Assembly: GCF_009914755.1 (NCBI RefSeq)
Contig: NC_060927.1
Reading direction: 5' to 3' (one strand)
From: the human T2T-CHM13v2.0 reference genome, Homo sapiens
Length of the DNA stretch: 64,000 nucleotides
Shown: piece after piece, positions 1-13,489 of the stretch
Layout: each line of letters begins with the position of its first letter
Numbering within the stretch: position 1 is the stretch's first letter
Made by a program: the position numbers and the translations under genes
Notes under the pieces: generated by a model
The model's input: only the letters and a program-made list of their open reading frames with translations
Told to the model about the DNA's origin: nothing
Database searches by the model: none

Positions 1-470
1 ACTATTGGTTTATATGTCTGTTTTATGCCAGTAACATGGTATTTTGGTAACAATAGCTTTGTGGTATAATTTGAAGTCAGGCAATGTGATGCACATGGCT
101 TTATTCCCTTTGCTCAGAATTGCTTTGTGTATTCAGGGTCTTTTGTGGTTCTGTGTGATTTTTTTTTTCTATTTCTGTGGAAAATGTTATTGGTATTTTG
201 GTAGGGATTGCATTGAATCTACAGATCACTTTTGGTAGTATGATGATTTTAAGAAAATTGATTCTTCCAATTAACACGGAATATCTTTGCATTATTTTGT
301 GTCTCCTCTTCAATTTCTTTCATCAGTGTTTTATAGTTCTCACTGTAGAGACATTTTACTTCTCTGGATAAATTTTTCCTAGGTATTTTTGAGCTATCAT
401 AAATGGGATTGATTTCATATTTTTTCAGATTATTCATTATTGATATATAGAAATGCAGGTTATTTTCCAT
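1..470 (-). mobile_element. Old L1 (L1M) ORF2 fragment
   Basis: Minus-strand translations [26 protein letters not shown] and [20 protein letters not shown] resemble L1 ORF2p post-RT sequence. Frameshifted. Confidence 0.85.
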
Positions 471-1067
471 CTAATTCACTAGTAAGATCAAGCTTGTTGT
501 CAAATTCACTTAATTGTTTTTAGATGAACTCTATAATTAAGACACAATTTTCACTGTGAATGTTGTCACCAATATTTCTCCCAGTATTACAAACATAATT
601 TTTTTCTAATTGCTAAATATTTTTTTAAAAATATAGGTACTTTGTTACTATAAATTTGAAATATTTGGGTTCTATATTTATAATTTTTTATATGTTATGA
701 AATTGCATATCCTAAATTGTATATAAGTGGTAAGATTTTTCTGCTTTTAAAAAATCATAAACTGAAATGGTGTATTGCTAAGTTCATATTATAACAGTTA
801 ATTTAAATTTGGCTGTAAAGCTTTTAGAGGTAATTAACATTGTGAGAAAATTAACCAACTTACTTTTTTTGTAAAATATTATTTAAGTAAAAATCAAAAA
901 GAATTATAGTAATTTAATCTATAGAAGATTATATGGTTGTTAGAATTTGAAAATATTCAAATATGGTTTAGTATTTAATGTAAGTTACTTATTAATTGGG
1001 TAGCATTTTTACCCACAGTATGGATTAATGTTAGACATAAGAGAAAATTAAATCATTATTGGAAGTG

Positions 1068-1757
1068 CAGTCATGAGCCACACAATACTTTGGTCAAAAA
1101 CAGCATGTATGATGTTGGTTTGATAAAAATATAATACCGAAGTATAATACCAAGTATAATACCTATTTTTTTTGTTCAGGTATGTTTAGAGACACAAGTA
1201 CTTACCATTGTATTACAATTGCATACAGTATTCAGTACAGAAACATGCTGGGCAGGTTTTTAGCTCAATAGCAAAGGACTATAGCATATAGGCTAGGTGT
1301 GTACCAGACTATACCATCTAGATTTGTGTAACTACGCTCTATATTGCTGGCATGACAAAATTGTGTAATGACACTGTATTAGTCCACTTTCACGCTGCTG
1401 ACAAAGACATAAGCGAGGCTGGGAAGAAAAAGAGGTTTGATTGGACTTACAGCTCCACGTGACTGGGGACGCCTCAGAATCATGGCGGGAGGCAAAAGGC
1501 ACTTGTTACACGGCAGCAGCAAGAGAAAATGAGAGGGAAGCAAAAGCGGAAACCCCTGATAAACCCATCAGATCTGGTGAGACTTATTCACTATGATGAA
1601 AATAGCACGGGAAAGACCAGCCCCCATGATTCTGTTACCTCCCCATGGGTCCCTCCCACAACATGTGGGAATTCTGGGAGATACAATTCAAGTTAAGATT
1701 TGAATGGGGACACAGAAAAACCATATCAGACACATTTCTCAGAATGTATCCCTGTTA
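1068..1757 (-). mobile_element. Tigger3a/MER7A-type TcMar-Tigger element, interrupted by a THE1 LTR
   Basis: Starts with CAGTCATG terminal sequence. Internal AAGTACTTACCATTGTATTACAATTGC..CAGTATTCAGTACAG..GGCTAGGTGTG..CTATACCATCTAG matches the Tigger3a reverse strand. Resumes after the LTR as ATTTCTCAGAATGTATCCCTGTT. Confidence 0.75.
1375..1728 (-). mobile_element. THE1 (probably THE1C) MaLR solo LTR
   Basis: TGTATTAGTCC...AACCATATCA termini, 354 bp, perfect 5-bp TSD GACAC at 1370-1374 and 1729-1733. Confidence 0.9.
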
Positions 1758-1769
1758 CTTTATTTCCTT

Positions 1770-2415
1770 ACCACCTACTTGATTGAGTTGAAAACTGACC
1801 CTCCAAAAACCTGCACACAAATTTTTATAGCAGTTTTATTCATAATTTCTAAAACTGGAAGCAACTAAGATGATGTTCCTCAATGGGCGAATGAATAAGT
1901 ACTGTGATACCACTATAGAATGGGATATAATTTGGCAATAAAAATAAATAAACTACAGAGCCCCCCCCCAAAAAAACCAAAGGAACCTTAAAATCATATG
2001 GGTAAAAAAGCCAGTCTGAAAAGGATGTATGCCGTGTGATTCTAACTGTATGAAAATGGTAAATTACATAGAGAGGTAGCTGGTGAATTGGTGAAACAGG
2101 GGATTGTTAGAACAATGAAACTATTCTGTATAATACTATAACAGTAAATAAATGATACTATGTATTTGTCAAGCTCAGAATTGTGTAACACAGAATTAAT
2201 ATATTTTTATTATCTAAACTTCATAGTTATTGTCAATTATGGGCTTTACTGAATAGTAATATATTAATTTTGGTTCATTAATTGCAAAAATGTGCAATAT
2301 TTATGTTAGATGTTAATAATAAGGAAACTTTGTGTGTGGGGGGCAGTGAGGTACATGAGACCCTTCTGTAAAGTCTACTCACTTTTTTTTTTGTACATTT
2401 AAAACTATTCTTAAA
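1770..2415 (+). mobile_element. L1MC-type LINE 3' end
   Basis: AAAACCTGCACACAAATTTTTATAGCAG..AAAACTGGAAGCAACTAAGATG and TGAAACTATTCTGTATAATACTATA are typical L1MC ORF2-end/3'UTR motifs. Confidence 0.65.
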
Positions 2416-3563
2416 GGAGAGAATTAGAGCTGAGAACATTTGGTTACAGTTTTTCTTCTTCTACATCATGTGACCCTAGGAGAAAAACATCAGAAAATCT
2501 CCTTTGGCCTTACTTTCTTTTCCCCCAAAGCATCTTTACCCTTTATAAATAGATAGAGTCTCCCTGAGATTTCAATTTCTATGATCCTTTGAAGAAAGAA
2601 GTATCTGAATATTATGCTTCTGTTTGTACCTACTGTATTTGTACATCATGAGACTGATGTCAGCATATTGGGCTACACAAATGAAATATTTCCTAAAGGA
2701 TTTTATTATCTTAAGATAATCTTCTTGATGCTACTGCAATTATCTCAATTTTAAAAATTATATATGCAAATGACCTTAAGTACAAAAGCAATTGTCATGC
2801 TCAAAGAAAGACCTGGTGAAATAATGAATCTAATCAGATAACTGTATTTGGAGAACCTATTGTTTTCTGAAACGAAGTACTTCATTGACCAAAAATAATA
2901 ATGTGTGGTGTATAAACACATGAAAGTCATTTTAATTTAACTTGAATATTATTTCCCTTTTCAATTATAATTTCCCTCTTAATTATTAACATAAATTCAT
3001 TATAAGTTATGTCAATAGTCAAATTCACTGGGGAAAGAAGTAAAGAAGAATAGGGAGAAAAGAAAGACTGTTTAATTGTGACTCAGAGATGAAAGAGTCA
3101 GAAATCCTGATTAGCGTGGGAGCAATAAATCATTAAATCTACCCACACTTCTTATTTTTGATCTCTACTATTCAATTCTGCATCCATAAATATTCTCATG
3201 CAATCACTGGTAAAACACTAATTAGTATTTTTGAACTGATGCGTGTTGTGCTTGACCTTTATATAAATTCAGTTTGTGAATTCTATTTTTTGGTGTACAA
3301 ATGACCTACCAAAACTGATTGCTTCCAACTCTAAAAAATTAATGTTTAATTAAAATAGCTTTAGCCGTTTTAAAATAACTCCACATTATGTTTTTTTCAT
3401 ATTTATTGAAGCTACATTTCATCATAGCATTAAGTGACTTCATTAATTATTTTGGGAGTAAGAACATTATTTTTGGTAATAATTCAATTTTAATATAGAT
3501 CCCTTTTGAATGATTCTTAAAGATTTGAATAGGATTTTAAAACTGTAATTATGTGTCATACTA

Positions 3564-3995
3564 TGCCATGGTTTGTATGTTTGTCTCCTCCAAATCTCAT
3601 GTTCAAATTTCATCCCTGTAGTGGAGATGGGGCCTATTGAGAGGTGTTTGGGTTATGAGGGCAAATGCCTCATGCATAGATTAAGGCCCTATCTGGGGGT
3701 AAGAGTAGTGAATTCTGGCTTTGTTAATTCCCAGGAGGGCTGGCTGTTGAAAAGAGTCTGGTACCTCTCCTTTTGCTCTCTCTTGCTTTCTCTCTTGCTG
3801 TGTGATCTCTACACACCCTGTCTCCCCGTCACCTTCCTCCGAGAGTAGAAGCAGCCTCAGGCCCTAACTAGATGCAGATGCTGGCATCATGCTTCTAATA
3901 CTGTCTGCTGAATTGTGAACCAAGTAAACTTTTTTTGTTTATAAATTACTCAGCCTCAGTTATTCCTCTATAGTAACACAAAATGGACTAAGGCG
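3564..3995 (+). mobile_element. MST (MSTB-like) MaLR solo LTR
   Basis: TGCCATGGTTTG..CCAAATCTCATGTT start; ATAAATTACTCAGCCTCAG..AAATGGACTAAGGCG end; near-TSD TACTA/TACTG. Confidence 0.85.
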
Positions 3996-4459
3996 TACTG
4001 TCTTTTCTGCATAATTAGAATGTAGAGAGTATTGTAATTATACTGATGAGGAAACTATACCACAGAGAGTTAAAATAATCTTCCCAGTTAGGCAACAATG
4101 GAAAATGAAAGGAAAAGTTAATATGTCCTTTATTTTGCTTACCTTTTTTCAATAAGAAGTACCACAGGAAACATTTGCTACATTCCTAAGAGTGCCAGCT
4201 GCGACTCTGGATAGGACAAAATTGCAAAGTTCATACTTTCCCTTATTTGTTATCCATGTCCCAACTTCAAACAAGCAGAACTATCTTCTACATATGTGGG
4301 TTCCAAGTAAGCCAAGCCTTTTCTTTCAGCTTATTTCATAACAGAGTATATTTTTAAAAGTAACAATGAGAGAGACAGCTACTTGTTTAAAACTTGAGGA
4401 CTTTTTGCGTGTGCCTTCTACCTCCCAGTTATTTGTCTATTGTTTTTCCCTTTGTCAAC

Positions 4460-4995
4460 TGTGAACTCCCCAAAAGTCCACCAGAAAACCCTACTGGTCA
4501 AGCACAACCAAACTTACTAGTTTAATTTTGGCAAGGGAGAACACCACCTTGATAGAATTTTTGGCCATGTCTCAAAAGGGGAAATCAAGGGAGAATATTA
4601 CAGAGCTTCAAATTCTGGACTGGGTGGTTTTTAGGCAGGTCTTGCAAGGTGAGAAATGGGTTTGCATTGTGATATACTAGTTTTGGGTTCATGAGCATAG
4701 TAAGGAAAGTGTGTTAATAAGATTCTTAATGAGTAAGTTTTGATTAGTAAGCTGTTAAGTTGGTTCACAATCTTATCATCCAGGAGAAGGTCTTTCTTAG
4801 AGCAAACAGACTATTTTCACTTATTTTGTGTATTTACCAAAGGAGGGGGAGAGAATGTCTTTTCTCAGTATTGATTAACACAAAGACAGGGCCTATGTTC
4901 ATTTCATTTCTTATTTTTTTGATATCAATGTTCAGCTACAAATCTGGGTGTGAGATGAAAATATTTTAATTCAGCTTAAATCTAACTTACAACTT
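4460..4995. mobile_element. Possible ancient ERV solo LTR, family unresolved
   Basis: LTR-like composition and length only. No clear TSD and no family recognised. Confidence 0.3.
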
Positions 4996-5239
4996 TCCAG
5001 GTTAGTGCACAAGTCAAACTTTATAATTATTGAGACTTCCTTTCCACGAGACGGAGAAACACAAGAATCTGAGTGTCCATGTGGTGCTTACAAATTTAGG
5101 GAAGGGCTTCTGCTTTCTAGTCCATCATAGGTGCTGCTGATATTTCTGTTGTCTGCATCCATGCAGCCCCTCTTGAATTCCAGGGCATTGCTTTCATGAT
5201 CTTATAGTACATGCGAATACTTCTCTAGTTTTGCAAGGT

Positions 5240-5900
5240 CAGAAGAGGATTTGGGGTGAGGGGGTATAATTAGTGAAGCTTAAGCTTTAAGAATGCTTAC
5301 ATGAAAAGGCCCCTTTCAAAAAATTTTGATGGGCACTAGAAGAATGTTAATATATTCAGTTTTTAAAAATAAATATTGTAAATTAAGATATTTAACAATA
5401 ATTGGCTAAGATTGATTTTGTTCCCCACTATGGTGTCCCCTCCGTTTCACCACCCCTCCTGTCTGGTGGTGTCAACCCTAATAAAAGGGAAAGTAAGTTG
5501 AGGATAATTTGATTTGAGTTTGGTGGGATATACTTATGAGGTTCACAGGCACTTTTTTAATTACTCTCTTAATAGTCGAGTAATTAAAAGCCATCACATG
5601 TAGGCATGACTTCCAGAAATACTATTTCCACTTACCACCACTCATGTGATATTACGACAAAATAGATGTCATAGATGAAAAGGTACAGGATCAAAATGTG
5701 TTCCACGTTGCCTGGCAATGGAAGTATATAGGTAGCTGATAAGAAACAAAACTTGGGATGCATGGAATCATAAATTATAATTAATAAGCAGATGCATAAA
5801 ACAATAAGCAGAGGATTTACTTCTCCTTGATGCACAGAATGGAATTCTTCTCCAATCAGAAATATGCTCCAAAATACAGCAATGGACACTATGAATATTC
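5240..5900 (+). mobile_element. MER115/Zaphod-like hAT-Tip100 DNA transposon remnant
   Basis: GTGGGATATACTTATGAGGTTCACAG..GCATGACTTCCAGAAATAC..TGGCAATGGAAGTATATAGGTAG..AAGCAGAGGATT resembles the recalled MER115 consensus. Confidence 0.6.
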
Positions 5901-6370
5901 AATTGTAATAATTTTGTCCCTGTGTATATCACTGTACATAATCCCTTTCAACTGTTTTTTCATTGTGATAATATACATACTATAAACTTTACCATCTTAA
6001 CTATTTTTAAGTGTCAGTGATATGACATTCATAATGTGCACTATCACCACTATTTTTAGAACTTTTTAAAATCTTACAAAACTGAAACTCTATATGCTTT
6101 AAAGAATAATGGTCCATTACCCCATGTCCCCCAGTTCCTGACAACCATCTCTCTACTTTCTGTCTTCATGATTTCAACTATTCTAAGTATTTTTAAATGA
6201 AATCATGCAATATTTGTGTTTTTGTGGCTTATTTCACTTAGCATTATGTCCTCAAGTTTCAACCAAGTTGTAGCATGTGTCAGAGTTTTATTTCTTTTTA
6301 AGCTGAGTAGTATTCCATTGTGTTTATACTGTACATACATTTTAAATCAACTTTATTTTTATTGTTTACA

Positions 6371-7105
6371 GTCTGTTTTTATACCAGTACCATGCTCTTT
6401 TGGTTACTGTAGCCCTATAGTATAGTTTGAAGCTGTGTAGCAGCTTTGTTCTTTTTGGTTAGAATTGCCTTGGCTATTTGGGCTCTTTCTTCTTTCTATA
6501 TGAGTTTTAAAATAGTTTATTTTAGTTTTGTGAAGAATGTCAATGGTTGTTTAATAGGAATAGCACTGAATCTATACATTGCCTTGATTAGTATGGCCAT
6601 TTTAATAATATGTTCATTGCAGCCGTATTCACAAGGGCAAAGATATGGAATCAACCTAAATGTCCATCAAAGATAGACTGGATAAAGAAAATGTGGTACA
6701 TATACATCATGGAATACTATGCAGCCATAAAAAAGAACAAGATCATGCCTTTGCAGGAACATGAATAGAGCTGGAGGCTCTTATCCTTGGCAAAATAATG
6801 TAGGAATATGAAACCAAATACCACATCTTCTCACTTATAAGTGGGAGATAAATGATGAGAACACATGGACACATAGAGGGGAACAACATACACTGGGGCC
6901 TACTGGAGGGTGGAGGGTGGGAGGAGGGACAGGATCAAGAAAAATAACTAATTAATAGTAGGCTTAATACTTGGGTGATAAAATAATCTGTACATCAAAC
7001 CTCCATGAAATGAATTTTCCTATATAACAAAACTGCATATTTACCATTGAACTTAAAATAAAAATTACATAAAAATAATAATAAATGATTAAAAAAGAAA
7101 AAAGA
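6371..7105 (+). mobile_element. 5'-inverted, truncated L1PA13-16-type insertion
   Basis: 6371-~6609 is antisense ORF2 (GTCTGTTTTTATACCAGTACCATGC..GTATGGCCATTTTAATAAT). From ~6610 the sense ORF2 end and 3'UTR (ATGTTCATTGCAGC..GGAGGGTGGGAGGAGG..AACTTAAAATAAAA) run into an A-rich tail. Confidence 0.85.
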
Positions 7106-7799
7106 ATAAAGCTTTTATAAATATTTGTCAACACTTTTTAATATCTCATTGATAATTATAGAGGAGTGTAGGTGCTGGATCATTTCATAAAGCAATAGCC
7201 ACCATTTTCCAAAGCAGTTGTACCATTTTACCTTACCACCGGCAATGTAACCTTCCATATCTTTGTCAACATTAGGTATTGTCAGTTTTTAAAATGTTAA
7301 CCATGTTTTTGAGTATACAGTGGTTTTAACGTGTTTGAGTAATGTTGAGAACTCTTTCATTTACTTATTAACTATCATCTTTTGTGACACGCATATTCTT
7401 ATATTTTGTTTATTTATGAATTGATTGTTGTTATTAATGTATTAGACTTTTAATATCTTCAGGAACCAAGTCTTTTTTTCTGGTATGTGCATTACAAATA
7501 TTTTATTCTGATCAGTGTACTACCTCTTAATTTTCATAATATCATCTCTTTCAAGGCAAAGTCTTAAATTATGATTAATTTTAACATCAATTTTTATTTT
7601 CTGGTTTATCTTTTTGTGTCCTATATAAAAATTCCATACCTGTTACAAGGTGGCAAAAATTTCTTCCTGTTTTTTTTCCTATTTGGATATGCAGTTTTTT
7701 CAGTAACATTTATTGAAAGGACATTCTTCCATTGAATTACCTTTTTGCCATTACTGGCCTCTAGTGTATGGTTTTTATTTCTGGACTCTATTTTATTTC

Positions 7800-7926
7800 A
7801 TTTATCTATCTATCCATCTATCTAATGTGTATCTGTGTGTATGTGTATATATTAATGTGTGTGTTTGTGTATATATACATGTATATCACACACACACACA
7901 TATATATGTGTATATATATATATATA
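7800..7926. repeat. Compound (TATC)/(TG)/(TA)/(CA) microsatellite
   Basis: Directly visible low-complexity dinucleotide runs. Confidence 0.9.
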
Positions 7927-8282
7927 TTTTTCCCACCAATACCACAATCCCTTGATTACTGTAACCAAGTGTGAGTCTAGAGGACAGGTGGTGTAAGTTC
8001 TCTATATTTTCCTTTATAAAACTGCTTTGAATTTTCTAGATTTCTTGCATTTCTATAAACCGTTAAAATTAGTTTGTGATTTCTACAAAAATCTATGAAA
8101 ATTTTTATTTAGATTGTTTGAATCTATAGATTAATTTGTGTCAATTTTGGAAAGTTGTACTTCCCAAGGAATTTGTCCATTTTATCTAAGATACCAAAAT
8201 GTTTTGGTTTAAAGTTGTTCATGATAGTCTTGTTATTCACTTAATGTGTGAGGGATCTGTAGTGATAACCCCTATTTCTTGA

Positions 8283-8613
<331 letters not shown>

Positions 8614-9502
8614 TCAATTTAAGCCAAGGTATATTAATTGTATTGATTTTCTCAGCAATCATACTTTAGCTTTATTAATATATCTATTTTATCTTTTATT
8701 ACTTTCTACTGAAATCTTTGCTATATCTTATTTTTTTTACTTATTTAGGTTTACTCTACTTTTACTGTCAAGCAGCTTAAAGGAATATATTAGACCTTTC
8801 TTCTTTTAGAACTTTCCTTCATTATAAAATAAGCATTTTCAGTCAAAAATTTTCTCTAAAATACTGTTTTAGCTATTCTGTATTTTTATTATCATTTGGT
8901 CTGAAATACTTCTAAAATCTCTTGTGATTTCTTTTTTGAACTATGAATAATTTAGATGTTCATTTTCTAATTATTTAGTAACTCCTTGACATCTTCTTGC
9001 TGATTTTTAATTCCATTTTGTTCCGATAGTAAGCTCTATGTCATAGCAGTATTTTTAAACCCATGGAAATTTGTTTGTGGCTAGGCATATAGACTATATG
9101 GTTGAAGTACATTCATTTAGAAATAATATGTCTCCTCCTGTTATTGGGTGATCCATAAAACTCAATTTGGTCAAAGTGGTTTATATCATTGTTAGGATTA
9201 TCCATGTCTTTTGTAATATTTTGGTTAATGTTCTATCAATTGCTTAGAAAGGGCTGGTGAAATTTCCTACAATAATATAGAGATTTTTAAATTTTGCCCT
9301 TTAATTGATGAACTTAATTTTAGCTTCATATATTTGAAAGCCTTGTTATTAGGCACATAACATTTATGCTTTCTAAGTCTAATGAGTTAACATTTTCATT
9401 ATAAAGCATCCCCCTTTATCTCTGGTAATAGTCTTGTCTTAAAGTTAACTTTGCTTGTTATTATACTCAATAAATTATTCTTAAGTTATTCTTTTCAAGG
9501 TA

Positions 9503-10167
9503 CAGTTGATTCTAACTTTCACAAGTACGTTTTGTAAAGCTGTCATGTAAACTAAATTAAGGAACATTGTACTATTGCTTCTAGGGAAAAGACAGGGTCA
9601 GGCTTCTGCGGTTGCAAAATTTTCATTCACCTATCAATAATAACCTTGTCTAATGCGTGTTTCTGTTAGAGACACCTCTAATATATTTATTTAACTAATT
9701 TTGCTTAACTAATAATATTTAACATATATCATTCTTCCCTGAACATTGAACTCATAGTCCACAGCACTACAACTTATGCCTGAATGATTTTCTAACACAC
9801 GTATATTTCCTTTAAGGGGCATCACAGCCTTCTTGCACTTAAAAACACTAGACAGCACTTCAGCACTACATTTAGGGGCAATTTTAAACAGAAAAATCAC
9901 CAATAAAAGCACAGAAATAAAAAAAAATGTGGCACTAAATAAAACGCGAAAGAACACTTGCTTATACTATGAAAGCTGAAACAAGAAGTCAGAGAGCCAC
10001 TTTGTTTTGACCTCAGCGGGGAAGATGTGCATCAGGCAACTCAATTTTTTGCTGCTTTGCACATGTCTGCTAATGATCATGAAAGCATTGTAAGTATTGA
10101 TTTGGTAATTACAAGTATTGATTTAGAATTTACAAAAACAGAATCTACAAATGATGAGTATTGATTG
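9503..10167 (-). mobile_element. MER82 TcMar-Tigger non-autonomous DNA transposon
   Basis: TA|CAGTTGATTC ... GAGTATTGATTG|TA termini with TA TSDs. ORF 9709..9957 contains APKCSAEVLSSVFKCKKAVM..SAVDYEFNV, a decayed Tigger transposase N-terminus. Confidence 0.85.
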
Positions 10168-10860
10168 TATATACTTTTTTCACTTATGTGTATCATGTAC
10201 TTTTGGTTTACCTGGGATTTTGTATTTAAAGTTAATGTCAACAACACAGAATTGGGCTTGCTTATTTATCCATTCTGGCCATCTCTGCATTTAACTAGAG
10301 TAATAATTTATTCACAGTTGATGTAATTACTTATATGTCTGAACTGAAGTATAAAATGTCATTATTGGTTTTATTCTGTTTGTTGAGTCAGTGATCACTT
10401 TGCTCTCTTTTCTCACTTTGTTTGAATTATTTAATTTTGTAGAAGTCTGTCTTAATTTACCAATTAGATTTTTAGCTACCCATGACTTTTATTGTTTGCT
10501 TCAGTTAAAGGATTCCATTATAAATCCTTTAATTTCCACAGTCTATTTATACCTAATATTGCAATGCTTCATGTAAAACATAGAAAATATTCCAATTTGT
10601 AGTGTTTTTACTCCCATCATTTTTTAGAGTATAGTTATCAAAGGCATTTTATATAGGTATATATATATATATATCCATATGTGTGTTTGTATCCATATAT
10701 ATCTGTGTGTGTGTATATATCAAAGGCATCATATGATATATATTATGATGCCTTTGATAACTTTACCATAAAGAATGAACTATTCATGAAACATATATAT
10801 TCCATGAAAAATTATTATAATTTCAAATTTATAGTCAAAGTTGTTTAAATTTTTAATGAT

Positions 10861-11149
10861 TTTTTTTTTCAACGGAGTCTCCCTCTGTTGCCCAGGCTGC
10901 TGGAGTGCAGTGGCATGACCTTGGCTCACTGCAGCCTCCACCGCCGGGTTCAAGTGATTCTTCTGCATCAGCCTCCCGATAGCTGGGACTACAGGTGCAT
11001 GCCACTATGCCAAGCTAATTTTTGTATTTTTAGTAGAGACAGGGTTTCACCATATTAGCTAGGCTAGTCTCAAACTCTTGACCTCGTGATCCGCCCACCT
11101 TGGCCTCCCAAAGTGCTGGGATTACAGGTGTAAGCCACTGCACCTGTCC
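10861..11149 (-). mobile_element. AluS (AluSg-like)
   Basis: Full dimer, TSD AATTTTTAATGAT at 10848-10860 and 11150-11162. Confidence 0.9.
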
Positions 11150-11297
11150 AATTTTTAATGATTTTTATTAGTTCCTAAAGATATGAATTCCTATTGCAGT
11201 CTGAAGTACTACATTTACTATTTATAATAGTGAATTTCTGCTGGAAGCACACTGTATTGGTTTTCTTTTATCTAAATATGCTTTATTTTGTCATAAT

Positions 11298-11432
11298 TTT
11301 TTTAATTAAAATTTTATTTTACATTCAGAGCATACATGTACAGATTAGTTACATGGGTATATTGTGTGATGCCTCTAGCTTTGGGCTATGAATGATCCCA
11401 TCACCTAGGTAGTGAGCATAGTACCTAATAGG
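11298..11432 (-). mobile_element. Short L1PB/L1PA16-type 3' end
   Basis: TTTTATTTTACATTCAGAGCATACATGTACAG..TTACATGGGTATATTGTGTGATGC..GATCCCATCACCTAGGTAGTGAGCATAGTACC. Confidence 0.75.
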
Positions 11433-11489
11433 CCTTCATTATATCTGAAGCCAAGTCCGCAGTCCACAGTCATTCAAATCACTGTTTCT

Positions 11490-11730
11490 CTGTGTTCTAA
11501 TTACCTAATGTTGCATAAAACCTCCCCAAAACTTAGTGGTCTAACACCAACAGCATCTATTCTTCTCATGAATATACACTCTGCAGGGCTTGGCAAGGAT
11601 TAGCTCCTCTATGCTCCACTCGGTGTGTACTGGGATGGCTAAAATGCTAGGGCTGAAATTATCTGAAGGCTTACTCACATAATGTCTGTTACCCGTTCTG
11701 GGAAGATTTAGCTATGAGCTGAAACAACTT
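11490..11730 (-). mobile_element. MLT1-type MaLR LTR fragment
   Basis: TGTTGCATAAAACCTCCCCAAAACTTAGTGG..GGGCTGAAATTATCTGAAGGCTTACTCAC motif. Confidence 0.6.
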
Positions 11731-13489
11731 GATCTCACCTGGTTCCTTCCTTCATTCTAAACTGTAACTTACCTAGTTTATCAGATCATTCCGTCTCACT
11801 TTTCCTATGTGACCTGGACCACCATGGTTCTTTGCAAGTTTTATCCATTGTGGTTGCTGCCATCATGACCTTCATAACTTTCTATGGAAATAAAGAAAAT
11901 AAAATGAAAAGGAAAATGTATAGAAAAGCACAGAGTTCGGTTAGATGTCACTCACCAACGTGTTTAGGAGAATTGTTATGTTTGTCAACCTGAGGTTGGA
12001 AATCTTCACAAAACATATTTCAGTAGATGAGAGAAACGTTGCTTTTAAATTCAAGATAGAACTTATTTTTACCTTCCTGGATTGCTTTAAAACATTGTTT
12101 TTTTGTTTTGTTTTGTTTTTTCAGAAACCACTCAAGCTTATTTTGCGATGAAAAGATGACCATCAATAATTTCTGTAATTTATCAACAAAATGGCTTTGA
12201 CTTGCACTCTTTTCTTTATTTTTGTACTTGGGTCTGTTATTTGACTTCCTTTTAGCTTTTTTTATCTGGAAGACATCTTCTATACTTTTCTAAACCATTT
12301 TGCTCTTGTTTTTTTAATCACAGATCTTTTTAGTTCTTACTGACATTTCTTATTTTCCTTTTGAAATTTTACCCTCTATAAGATTAGTCTACTCCCTTGT
12401 TTGGCGTGAAAGATTTACTGTGGAAGAGGACAATATATATATATAGGATTTCTCAGATTTATACTATCCTTAGGAAATGGTAGTATACTAGGAAAAAGCA
12501 GTTAATGCTTCACACCTCTCCAAAGCATAACTGTAGTACTAAAATTACACTTAAACATTTACCAAACATCTATGTTCCAGACTTTCTTATTGTCTAGGCA
12601 TAAACCATTATTAAAACAACTTATTTTGAGGCCATTACAATTTAGCTGGAGATAAGATGACTTAAATACTGTTAAAATACAATATTAGAAAAACTGCTAA
12701 GAGAAGTGCTAGACAAAATGGCATGAATGTTTGTTCTTTCTCAATTTTTTAAATTTTAGGGATGAAATAGCAGCAATAATAAATAGTAGTTCAGTTTCTT
12801 TAGTAAGTGCAGAAATATAAGTTACATACAACTATTTTACAGTTAGCTCAAAATTATGTATTTCACACAAATACAGATACAGCACAAAGCAATGACTATG
12901 AATCACTGATTATGATTCTTCTTCTTCTAAAACAGCTATTTCTCATTTACCAGACCTGGAAATAAAATATATATGCTGAACATAATTTCCAGATTGTTAC
13001 TTTATTCATGTATTTATAAATATTCCAAATACTCTGGACCCTTTGCAGCTAACATCTTACTCCATGATTTTGATGATATTGCACAGAGCACTCCTAAGTG
13101 TACTATATACAGCTAGTCTCATCTGCATTCGCCAGCTGATTCTGATGCTAAAGGTCATCTCCACTGAAACCCAGTGACTGTGTTGTTTGGCAGAGGGGCT
13201 CAGCCTGCACTGGAGACCTTTGAAAATCCCATCTAGGGACAACATATAGCTTCCTTTCTTTGAGTTTCTCAGAAGTGCTGTAGTATTCCATTACCTTCTA
13301 TGTTTAGAAAAAAAGGGACTTGGCACTATGTAATCCTTTTAGGGTTTCTTTGAATTTTTGTTAACTTTTAAAATACTTTCTTGTTTTCCTCTTTAATTTC
13401 CTTCTGAAATGGGCAACTGTTGTACCGATAAGTTGCCGGAGGGGGCATTATTTTAGCTATGTATTTTAAAGGGTTTAAGAAAGAATCCA

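Noticed and set aside
9709-9957. Domesticated Tigger/CENP-B-like gene
   Set aside because: Only the decayed transposase N-terminus normally carried by MER82. The start codon is lost and there is no DDE domain.
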